From positions 1 to 27,487 of the forward strand of contig JBBRLJ010000057.1 in NCBI GenBank assembly GCA_038231435.1: a stretch of DNA of 27,487 nt, in the 5' to 3' direction. The notes beneath the pieces are model-generated. The model had not been told where the DNA came from and did not search any database. It worked only from the letters and a program-made list of their open reading frames with translations. Of this stretch, positions 8,773 to 16,664 are shown one piece after another. The stretch is from Planctomycetota bacterium (GTDB lineage: Bacteria; Planctomycetota; UBA11346). The translations under genes were made by a program, and so were the position numbers. Positions within the stretch are counted from its first letter, which is position 1. Each line of letters opens with the position of its first letter.

Positions 8773-9028
8773 AGGCTTCCTGTGCCGGCTGCGCCGCCAC
8801 CCGGGCTGCGCCCGGCGCCGCTGCGCGGCGGGAAGCCTTCTAGGCGGGGGGATCGGGGACGATCCCCCCGCTCCGTTCGCCTACGCGGAGCGCTACGGCT
8901 CACCCCCCCCCTTGGTGCTTCGATACACTGTTATCGGCGCGCCGCTGCGCGCTCGTGCTGCGGCGGCTTCTGGCGGCTGCGCCGCCGCGCGGCCTTCGGC
9001 CGCGCCTCCACGCTGTGCGTGGGAAGCC
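8773..9028. repeat. Two four-way-junction (cloverleaf) palindromic units, 8773-8838 and 8965-9028, with hairpins between them
   Basis: Each has a GGCTTC/GAAGCC closing stem that encloses three triloop hairpins. Confidence 0.7.
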
Positions 9029-9108
9029 TTGAGTCCGATCCGGCTCCGGCCGGGCAGCAGCGAACGCCGCGCGCAGGCGCGGGCGGCAGCAGGGCGAGAA
9101 AAGCATTG

Positions 9109-9126
9109 CCTGGAAGCGCTTTCAGG
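9109..9126. promoter_or_regulatory. Putative LacI/GalR-family operator
   Basis: CCTGGAAGCGCTTTCAGG is a palindrome with one mismatch and fits TGNAANCGNTTNCA; about 70 bp upstream of a sugar catabolic gene pair. Confidence 0.65.
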
Positions 9127-9195
9127 GAAAGACATCTGTCCTTTTCGCACCGTCCCCTGGACGGCCTTTTCCACGGACATTCCTTCGGAGAACCC

Positions 9196-10455
9196 ATGCC
9201 CGCCAAGCCCATCCTCAACGTCGCCCTGGTCGGATATTCCTTCATGGGCCGGACCCATTCCAACGCCTACCAGCAGGTGAACCGCTTCTTCGCGGACTGC
9301 CCGTACGACGTGCGCCGCAAGGTGCTGATCGGGCGTTCGCAAGGTCCGTTGGAAGAGGCCGCGCGCACCTGGGGCTGGGAAGAGACTGCGACCGACTTGA
9401 ACATCATCCTCGGCCGCGAGGACATCCACCTCGTCGACATCGGCACGCCGAATGACAGCCACCACGATCTCTCGATCGCCGCGCTCAAGGCCGGCAAGCA
9501 CGTGCTCTGCGAGAAGCCGCTGGCGATGAACGTCGCCCAGGCGGTGGAGATGGCCCAGGTGGCCGCGAAGGCCAAGCGGCCCGACGGCAAGCCGGCGCGC
9601 ACCGGCCTGTGGCACAACTACCGCCGCACCCCCTCCGCCTCGACCGCCGCGGCGCTGATCCGCGACGGCAAGCTCGGCGAGATCCGCCACGTGCGCGCGG
9701 TCTACCTGCAGGACTGGCTCACCGACGCATCCTGCCCGGCGACCTGGCGCATGACCGCGAAGACCTGCGGCTCGGGCGCGCATGGCGATCTCAACGCGCA
9801 TCTGATCGACATGACGCGTTTCCTCACCGGCCTCGAATTCGACGAGGTCGTGGCCATGGAGCAGACCTTCATCAAGAAGCGCAAGGCCGCCAGCGATGGC
9901 GGCAAGCACCGCACCAATAAGGCCGGCAAGGGCGGCATGATCACTGTCGACGTCGACGACGCATTCCTGTTCCTGGCTAAGCTCTCGAAAGGCGCGGTCG
10001 CCAGCTTCGAGGCGACCCGTGCCGCGGCTGGGCGCAAGAACTACAACCGCATCGAGGTCAACGGCACCAAGGGCTCGATCGTGTGGAACTTCGAGCGCAT
10101 GAACGAGCTCGAATACTTCAGCTTCGAGGATGAGCCGCGCGCGCAGGGCTTCCGCACCATCATGTGCATGAATGGCGGCGCCCATCCCTACGCCGGCAGC
10201 TACTGGCCCGATGGCCACATCATCGGCTACGAGCACACCTTCACCAACCACCTCTACGATTTCCTGGTCGCGCTGAAGACCGGCAAGCCGTTCCGCCCCG
10301 ATTTCGCCGACGGCGTCGCCAATCAGGAAGTGCTCGACGCCTCGCTCGAATCCGCGAAGGCCGGCAAGTGGATCACGGTGCCGCGCTCGCAGAAATTCGC
10401 CAAGGCGGCCGAGCCGCTGCGCGTCCAGGCCAAGAGCGCGGGAATCGCCGGCTGA
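9196..10455 (+). CDS. Gfo/Idh/MocA family NAD-dependent oxidoreductase
   Basis: VGYSFMG, GTPNDSH, GKHVLCEKP, GDLNAHLID; GGAG 5 nt before the ATG. Confidence 0.93.
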   Translation: MPAKPILNVALVGYSFMGRTHSNAYQQVNRFFADCPYDVRRKVLIGRSQGPLEEAARTWGWEETATDLNIILGREDIHLVDIGTPNDSHHDLSIAALKAGKHVLCEKPLAMNVAQAVEMAQVAAKAKRPDGKPARTGLWHNYRRTPSASTAAALIRDGKLGEIRHVRAVYLQDWLTDASCPATWRMTAKTCGSGAHGDLNAHLIDMTRFLTGLEFDEVVAMEQTFIKKRKAASDGGKHRTNKAGKGGMITVDVDDAFLFLAKLSKGAVASFEATRAAAGRKNYNRIEVNGTKGSIVWNFERMNELEYFSFEDEPRAQGFRTIMCMNGGAHPYAGSYWPDGHIIGYEHTFTNHLYDFLVALKTGKPFRPDFADGVANQEVLDASLESAKAGKWITVPRSQKFAKAAEPLRVQAKSAGIAG

Positions 10456-10573
10456 TCGCCGGCGGTTTCCGCGTCATGGTTTTCCGGTTGTCGGTGGACA
10501 GCTGGAAACGAGAGAGCCAGCGCTCGATCCACCCCGACATCACACCCATCAACCGTACACTGAGGTCCATATC

Positions 10574-11653
10574 ATGATCAAAGGTCCCGGCATCTTCCTC
10601 GCCCAATTCATGGGCGACCAGGCTCCCTTCAACTCCTTCGACTCGATCTGCAAGTGGGCCGGCTCGCTCGGCTACAAGGGCGTGCAGATCCCGAGCTGGG
10701 ATGCGCGCTGCATCGACCTGAAGAAGGCCGCCGAGAGCAAGGCCTACTGCGACGACTTCAAGGGCACCGCGAAGAAGCACGGCCTGGAGGTCAGCGAGCT
10801 CGCCACCCATCTGCAGGGCCAGCTGGTGGCCGTGCACCCGGCGTACGACGAGCAGTTCGACGGCTTCGCGCCAAAGGAAGTTCATGGCAAGCCCGCCGCG
10901 CGCACCGCCTGGGCGGTCGAGCAACTGAAGCTCGCGCTGCGCGCCTCGAAGAACCTCGGCCTGAACGCCATGCCCAGCTTCACCGGCGCGTTCCTCTGGC
11001 ACACCATGTATCCGTGGCCGCAGCGTCCAGCCGGCCTGGTGGACGAAGGCTTCGCCGAGCTCGCCCGCCGCTGGCTGCCGATCCTCGATGAAGCGGACAA
11101 GAACGGCGTCGATGTCGCCTGGGAAGTCCATCCCGGCGAGGACGTCCACGATGGCGCCACATTCGAGCTCATGCTCAAGCATGTGAAGAACCACGCGCGC
11201 GCTTGCATCCTCTACGATCCCAGCCACTTCGTGCTGCAGCAGCTGGATTACTGCGAGTACATCGACCTCTACCACGACCGCATCAAGTGCTTCCACGTCA
11301 AGGACGCCGAGTTCCGCCCGAACGGCCGCACCGGCGTGTACGGCGGCTATCAGAACTGGAAGGACCGCGCGGGCCGCTTCCGCTCGACTGGCGATGGCCA
11401 GGTCGACTTCTCGCGCATCTTCACCCTGCTCACCAAGTACAATTACCAGGGCTGGGCCACCATCGAGTGGGAATGCTGCTTCAAGGATCCCGAGCAGGGC
11501 GCGCGCGAGGGCGCGCCGTTCATCGCCAAGCACCTGATCACCCCGGCTAAGAAGGCGTTCGACGACTTCGCCGGATCGAAACCCGACAAGGCGCAGCTCC
11601 AGCGCATCCTCGGCATCGGCGATGCGGCCGGTGGCAAGGCAGCGAAGAAGTAG
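10574..11653 (+). CDS. Sugar phosphate isomerase/epimerase, xylose-isomerase-like TIM barrel
   Basis: Metal-ligand motifs WEVHPGE, YDPSH, FHVKDAE, IEWEC; GAGG upstream. Confidence 0.9.
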   Translation: MIKGPGIFLAQFMGDQAPFNSFDSICKWAGSLGYKGVQIPSWDARCIDLKKAAESKAYCDDFKGTAKKHGLEVSELATHLQGQLVAVHPAYDEQFDGFAPKEVHGKPAARTAWAVEQLKLALRASKNLGLNAMPSFTGAFLWHTMYPWPQRPAGLVDEGFAELARRWLPILDEADKNGVDVAWEVHPGEDVHDGATFELMLKHVKNHARACILYDPSHFVLQQLDYCEYIDLYHDRIKCFHVKDAEFRPNGRTGVYGGYQNWKDRAGRFRSTGDGQVDFSRIFTLLTKYNYQGWATIEWECCFKDPEQGAREGAPFIAKHLITPAKKAFDDFAGSKPDKAQLQRILGIGDAAGGKAAKK

Positions 11654-11676
11654 CCGAGCGCCACGGCGAGTTCGCG

Positions 11677-11711
11677 ACGGGCGGCGGGACATCCCGCCGC
11701 CCGTTTCGTTT
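11677..11711 (+). terminator. Probable intrinsic terminator
   Basis: GC-rich inverted repeat acgggcggcggga/tcccgccgcccgt followed by ttcgttt, 23 nt after the stop. Confidence 0.7.
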
Positions 11712-11786
11712 GCCCACCTGTTGGTGGCGGCATGGGCTGGCGTCCGTATCCGCTGGAGCGCACCTGCCCGCGCGCACACTACGCTG

Positions 11787-12635
11787 GTGCCCGCCCTGTC
11801 CCCGATCCGCATCGACGCGCTCGCGCTCGCGCGCGAGCGCAGGCTGCCACTCACGGCGAGCCTGACCCACCTCGTCGACGTCGCGATCGACGGCTCGTAC
11901 CGCTACCCGCGCCACCGCCACGATCACTACGAGGCGATCGTGGTGAACGTCGGCGTCTATCGGTGCGAGCTCAATGGCGAGACCATCGCGCTGGATCCTG
12001 GCCGGGCGCTGCTGGTCAAGCCGGGCGACTGGCACGAGGACCGCCTCGACGGCCTGGTGCGCTATACCGGCATCGGCTTCCGACTCTCCGGCGGGGGTCG
12101 GGGCGCCAGCGTGGCGCTGATCAACCGGGATGCGCCGCAGTCGGCCCAGGTCGCGCGCCTCGATGCGGCCGCCCTGGCCGTGCTCGAGCGACTGCGCGCC
12201 GAGGCCGGCGAGGACACTCTAGCGGCCGGAGGCATCCGCGACGCCCTGCTGGCGGAATTCTTCTGGCGCCTGGCGCGCGCGCTGCCGCGCGAGGTCCTGG
12301 CGAAGCCGTTCCGCGAACGTTCAGACGAGGACACCTTCGTGGGCCGGCTGCAGCGGCTGTTCGACGAACGTCTCGATGTCGTGCTGCCGGTCCCGGCGAT
12401 GGCGGCGGCGGTGGGCATGAGCCCGTCGTCGTTCACTAGGTGCTGCCGCGCGACGCTCGGCGTCTCGCCGGCGCGCGCCGCTCGCAATCATCGCCTCGAT
12501 CAGGCCCGGCTGCTGATCGAGATGACGGGCATGACGGTGAAGGAGGCGGCTGAACGCCTCGGCTTCGCCGACCAGTTCCATTTCTCGCGCGCCTTCAAGC
12601 GCCGCCATGGCAGGCCTCCGTCGGCGGTGCGCTGA
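11787..12635 (+). CDS. AraC-family transcriptional regulator (cupin + HTH)
   Basis: HRHDHYE and PGDWHED cupin motifs; VKEAAERLGFADQFHFSRAFK; start (GTG 11787) inferred. Confidence 0.88.
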   Translation: MPALSPIRIDALALARERRLPLTASLTHLVDVAIDGSYRYPRHRHDHYEAIVVNVGVYRCELNGETIALDPGRALLVKPGDWHEDRLDGLVRYTGIGFRLSGGGRGASVALINRDAPQSAQVARLDAAALAVLERLRAEAGEDTLAAGGIRDALLAEFFWRLARALPREVLAKPFRERSDEDTFVGRLQRLFDERLDVVLPVPAMAAAVGMSPSSFTRCCRATLGVSPARAARNHRLDQARLLIEMTGMTVKEAAERLGFADQFHFSRAFKRRHGRPPSAVR

Positions 12636-12833
12636 GCGCGTCCACGCCACCTCGTAGCGGAGGATCTCGATGCGACAGCCCTCGGCTGCGATCGCCATCC
12701 GGTCCGGAGGACCTTGCCATGGCCGTCGCGTATGGGCCATGCATCCTTCGCCCTCGATCCGCGCTGAACACCGCGCTTTCCACGTGCATGGCGATGCACG
12801 TGAGCAGAGTCCCCATGCACCCGGGGAATGATC

Positions 12834-12920
12834 ATGCCCTTCGCCGATCGCAGCCTGGAAGACATCCGCAAGGAGGTCGCCGCCTTCGCCGACGAACGCG
12901 ACTGGGAGCAGTTCCGCTGA
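12834..12920 (+). pseudogene. Truncated 5' duplicate (28 codons) of the MazG-like pyrophosphatase gene
   Basis: MPFADRSLEDIRKEVAAFADERDWEQFR* versus MTFTDRSLEDIRREVAAFADERDWEQFH at 13722; 43 bp identical (12873-12915 = 13761-13803). Confidence 0.88.
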
Positions 12921-12991
12921 GTTAAGCCATTGGCAGTGAGAAACCGAGTGGCTGTCTAAACTGACGACATCCGCTGCTTGGCTAGGTTGGC

Positions 12992-13612
12992 TCATGGCGG
13001 AAGGGGAAAGTCCTCCGCGACCCAAGTCACCATGCCGTTGGGCCTGTTCCTGAAACTTCCCCACCAGAGGGACTTGGGAGGGACGAACATTCTTCCTGAC
13101 CACCTCCGCAGCAATTCCTGCAGGCTGGAGGCCAACACAACATGCTTCAATGGATCCTTCGCTCCGTCGAATCGATCGTGCTGAAACCACACGATCGATC
13201 CGTCCCGTTCGTTTACACAAAGATAATCGCCGTTCCCTTCCTCCATGATCGGCCACCAATGCCGATATTGCGATATGAGATCAAGTCCGACTTTTCGACC
13301 GCAACTGCGAAAATAGGCCATGGGGTCACCCCCTTCGTCACGCAACCAATTCGCAATTTCGTCGATGGATTCGATCTTCGCCTTCGAGGATTGCTCGTAT
13401 CCCATGATCGAAAAACTTCCGTAATTGTCACTGTTGCCATCGGACCAGGAAAACGTCAGTCCATCGTGCTGAGTCGCATAGAAATCGTGAAGATAGCTCC
13501 TCGTTTCAACCTTCAGGCTGGGGTCAGGATCCGCACGCTCGTCAATTACGGCGTACCCTCGCTCTGCATCCCATTTTTTGACTGCGTTCAGTGACGAGAG
13601 GTCGATGACCAT
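12992..13612 (-). CDS. SMI1/KNR4 (SUKH) family putative immunity protein
   Basis: C-terminal pattern WWPIMEEGNGDYLCVNERDGSIVWFQHD...LASSLQELL; AGGGGA upstream; hand-counted GC about 50% in two sampled 60-bp lines. Confidence 0.75.
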   Translation of the reverse strand: MVIDLSSLNAVKKWDAERGYAVIDERADPDPSLKVETRSYLHDFYATQHDGLTFSWSDGNSDNYGSFSIMGYEQSSKAKIESIDEIANWLRDEGGDPMAYFRSCGRKVGLDLISQYRHWWPIMEEGNGDYLCVNERDGSIVWFQHDRFDGAKDPLKHVVLASSLQELLRRWSGRMFVPPKSLWWGSFRNRPNGMVTWVAEDFPLPP

Positions 13613-13721
13613 GCTTCCCCTGATGATGAACGTATGTTATTTCAAGTACGGCCGTAGGGCAGCCGATTTGCTCATATCCGTTCGAAGCTGGCAGCGGCTC
13701 AATTCGTGGCACTCTTTGGCC

Positions 13722-14078
13722 ATGACTTTCACCGACCGCAGCCTCGAAGACATCCGCCGCGAGGTCGCCGCCTTCGCCGACGAACGCGACTGGGAGCAGT
13801 TCCATTCGCCGCGCAACCTCCTGCTCGCCCTGGTCGGCGAGGTTGGCGAGGCCGCCGAGATCCTGCGTTGGCAGGGCGATGCCTCGCCAGCGATTCCGGC
13901 GGACAAGGCCGAGGACTGGGCGGATGAGCTCGCCGATGTGCTGACCCTGCTGGTGCGCCTGGCCGATCGCAGCGGCGTCGACCTGACCACTGCCTTCGCG
14001 CGCAAGCTCGAGAAGGCGCGGCGGAAGTATCCGGTCGACGGCTTCAAGGGCTCATCGCGCAAGTACGACGAACCCTGA
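13722..14078 (+). CDS. MazG-like nucleotide pyrophosphohydrolase (dCTPase-like)
   Basis: ERDWEQFHSPRNLLLALVGEVGE, DELADV, KYP. Confidence 0.92.
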   Translation: MTFTDRSLEDIRREVAAFADERDWEQFHSPRNLLLALVGEVGEAAEILRWQGDASPAIPADKAEDWADELADVLTLLVRLADRSGVDLTTAFARKLEKARRKYPVDGFKGSSRKYDEP

Positions 14079-14094
14079 ACGCCGGGCGATCGGG

Positions 14095-14940
14095 TCAGAG
14101 CATCCGCGGGGTGGCCTGCCGGGGACGATGGTCGTAGCGCGCGTTGGGCGCCTCGAGCAGAGCGCGCTGCGCCGGGGTCAGGTCCGGATACCGGTCCGCG
14201 TCGTAGTACCGCGCCGACCACGAAATCGACCGTGGACTGTATTTGTAGAAAACCGTGCGCCGCTCGTGCCGGGCGCGCCACGGCAGCGCGCCATGGGTCA
14301 TCGCCTCGCTGAAGATGATCGCCGTACCGGCCTTGCCGGTCACTGGCGTGACGCACGGATGGCGCCGCTCCAGATCCAGCCACTGCCTCGGGAAGGGGAA
14401 GTTGGCCTTATGGCTGCCCGGCACCGCGCCGAAGCCGCCGTCGCCGGGGTCAACGTCGTGCAGGTTGTAGGCGACGACGATCAGCCCGCAGCGGATGCGC
14501 CCGTCCTTGTGCGCATAGAAGAAGCACTCGTCGAATGGCGCGGCGCCGCCATGCAGCGTGGCGCCGATCGGGCTGGTGCCGCTGCGGATGATGTCGGCGT
14601 AATCGTGATCGAGGCGTGGGTCTGGGCCGACGAGTTCCCTCACGTGCGGAAACACCCGCGGGTTGTCCAGCAGCTCGCGGTACGGCCGGCCCCAGCCGAG
14701 CAGGCTGGATTCCCCCATGAAGCGGTGCTGCGACGCCTCGGGATCGACCTCGTCGGCGATACGCTGATCGAGGATCCCGTTGAGCGCCGACAACTGCCCG
14801 GCGTCGAGCGCGCCGGGGACGACCAGGTAGCCGTTGAGGTCGAACAGGTAGCGCTCCTCGGCGGTCATCTCGCGAGGGGTGTCGTTCTGAGAGATGAGCG
14901 TCGAGGTGGACGACGTTTCCTGCAGGCTGTCGGTGATCAT
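14095..14940 (-). CDS. Phytanoyl-CoA dioxygenase (PhyH) family Fe(II)/2-oxoglutarate dioxygenase
   Basis: YLFDLNGYLVV, DGGFGAVPGSHK, MTHGALPW...RR; first metal motif reads LHGG rather than HxD. Confidence 0.85.
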   Translation of the reverse strand: MITDSLQETSSTSTLISQNDTPREMTAEERYLFDLNGYLVVPGALDAGQLSALNGILDQRIADEVDPEASQHRFMGESSLLGWGRPYRELLDNPRVFPHVRELVGPDPRLDHDYADIIRSGTSPIGATLHGGAAPFDECFFYAHKDGRIRCGLIVVAYNLHDVDPGDGGFGAVPGSHKANFPFPRQWLDLERRHPCVTPVTGKAGTAIIFSEAMTHGALPWRARHERRTVFYKYSPRSISWSARYYDADRYPDLTPAQRALLEAPNARYDHRPRQATPRML

Positions 14941-14993
14941 GACTGCGATTATGCCGTGTGTCTGGCAGAATCCTGCTGTAAGCATACATAATC

Positions 14994-15848
14994 GTGCACG
15001 ACCCTGATTTTGTCGTCGGCCTCATCAACGACCGCAAGGCCGTGCCCTCGTTCGCGATCGGGCACTGGCATGGTCCCCATGCCTGGACGTCGTGGGTCAT
15101 GGATTGGTTCGGATATCCCGGCAGCGCCGGCAGGGTCGCCGTGGATGGGCGCGAAGGGCCGACCTTCGCCCGCGCGAGCCACACCTGGCACATCTACGCG
15201 CCGCGGGTCGCGTACTGGCACAGCGACCAGGCGGACATCGGGCCGACCTACGACTCGCTATGGTTCTTCTGGGATTTCACCAAGCCGTGGCCGCCACTGG
15301 CAGCGCGACCCTTCACCGTGCTGCTCGATCCCGATGAGCGGATCGGTCGGCATGTCAGCGCCATGGCGGAGTTGGCGCAGCACCAGGAGCCCGGCTCGGA
15401 GGTGATCGTGCGCGGGCACGCGTTGGCCATCTTTGGCGAAATCCTCGCCGCCTCGATGCGGGGACATCGCGGCACGCCCGACGATCCCTGGCCGGTGCGC
15501 CCGCCCGGATCGACTCCGGGGCGCGGAGATCTCCTGCGGCTCCAGGTCGAGCACGAGGTGATGCGCCGGCTGTCGCGGCCGCCGACGCTCGAGGAACTCG
15601 CCGAGCGCCTGCACGTGTCGGTATCCTCGCTCGCGCATTCCTTCAAGGCCGAGACCGGCGAGACCGTGATGGAGCGCGTACGCTGGGTGCGGGTGCGCGA
15701 AGCGCGGCGCCTGCTCGCACGACCCGACGCGACGGTGAAGTCGGTGGCGCGGCTGCTCGGATTCAGTTCCGCGTTCCACCTCTCGAAGGTCTTCACCGGC
15801 ATCACCGGGATGACGCCATCGGAATTCATGAGGCGGCAGCGCCGCTAG
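14994..15848 (+). CDS. AraC-family transcriptional regulator, divergent from the PhyH gene
   Basis: TLEELAERLHVSVSSLAHSFK and VKSVARLLGFSSAFHLSKVF. Confidence 0.88.
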   Translation: MHDPDFVVGLINDRKAVPSFAIGHWHGPHAWTSWVMDWFGYPGSAGRVAVDGREGPTFARASHTWHIYAPRVAYWHSDQADIGPTYDSLWFFWDFTKPWPPLAARPFTVLLDPDERIGRHVSAMAELAQHQEPGSEVIVRGHALAIFGEILAASMRGHRGTPDDPWPVRPPGSTPGRGDLLRLQVEHEVMRRLSRPPTLEELAERLHVSVSSLAHSFKAETGETVMERVRWVRVREARRLLARPDATVKSVARLLGFSSAFHLSKVFTGITGMTPSEFMRRQRR

Positions 15849-16534
15849 GGCCTCTCACCAGGACCCGGCGGGGGTGTGGGAGCAGGCGGAGCATTCAGAA
15901 CGTTGGGAGCAGCCGGGCGGGGTGGCTTTTGCGGCGCCGGCTCGGGTCGCACCAAGGGGCCATTATACCGGCACGCCACCACCACCCCCTCGCGCAGCCA
16001 GGCCTCGGCGCAGTCCGCGGCCTTCGCGACCATCGCATCGGCCTCGCGACGCTCGCCGGGGCTGAAGCCACCGAGAACGAACGCCACCTGCTCGCCGCCC
16101 GGCGGCAGCGGGCCCATGCCCAGGCGCAGGCGTGGATAGTGGTTGCCGATCTTGGCCTCGATGTCGCGCAGTCCATTGTGGCCGCCGGCACTGCCGTCTG
16201 CGCGCAGCCGCAGGTGACCGAGCGCGAGATTCAGATCGTCGACCACCACCAGCAGGTCGCTCACCGGCGCCTTGAAGAACGCCAGGATCGCCTGCGCGGC
16301 GTCGCCACTGACGTTCACGAAGGTCTGTGGCTTCACCAGCAGCGCCTTGTCGTCGCCGCCGACCGGCGCCATCTCCGGCGGCATCCGCCATTCGCTGACC
16401 AGCGAACTCCACTTCCGGCTCCACGCGCCACTGGCGTGGCGCCGGGCGAGTTCGTCCACCACCGCGAAGCCGAGGTTGTGCCGCGTGCCGTCGTACGTCG
16501 CGCCAGGATTGCCGATGCCGAGGATGCAGCGCAT
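15845..16534 (-). CDS. pth: Peptidyl-tRNA hydrolase
   Basis: GIGNPG, TRHNLGF, KPQTFVN, GGHNG, RLRLG; Pro-rich tail. Confidence 0.95.
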   Translation of the reverse strand: MRCILGIGNPGATYDGTRHNLGFAVVDELARRHASGAWSRKWSSLVSEWRMPPEMAPVGGDDKALLVKPQTFVNVSGDAAQAILAFFKAPVSDLLVVVDDLNLALGHLRLRADGSAGGHNGLRDIEAKIGNHYPRLRLGMGPLPPGGEQVAFVLGGFSPGERREADAMVAKAADCAEAWLREGVVVACRYNGPLVRPEPAPQKPPRPAAPNVLNAPPAPTPPPGPGERP

Positions 16535-16573
16535 GGAGACGAGTGTCGCGACGCCAGCCACGGCGCAACGGCA

Positions 16574-16611
16574 TCAAGGGGCACCGCCCCTACGGCCTTC
16601 GGCCTCCCCAC
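16574..16611. repeat. Short terminal fragment of repeat family A
   Basis: tcaaggggcaccgcccctacggccttcggcctccccac resembles the reverse complement of 27442-27480 and window positions 1-29. Confidence 0.75.
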
Positions 16612-16664
16612 TATGTACTCGCAGGTCTAGGTAGTGATCTTTGGCCTTCCCCGAAAGGCCTTCC

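Noticed and set aside
8773..9028. Cloverleaf units as tRNAs or a CRISPR array
   Set aside because: Loops are 3 nt with no anticodon or T-loop consensus, and there are no identical repeats with regular spacers or cas genes.
8758..9195. 146-aa N-terminal extension of the oxidoreductase ORF
   Set aside because: It runs through the palindromic region; the Rossmann motif and an RBS place the start at 9196.
10482..10495. 14-bp match to the reverse complement of 27264-27277
   Set aside because: A single match of this length can arise by chance in 27 kb, and it does not extend.
13142..13594. 150-aa plus-strand ORF in the low-GC insert as a cognate toxin
   Set aside because: It is fully antisense to the SUKH-like gene and has no recognisable toxin motif.
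15845..15848. Convergent araC and pth share a CTAG stop overlap
   Set aside because: This is a common arrangement for convergent genes and implies nothing further.
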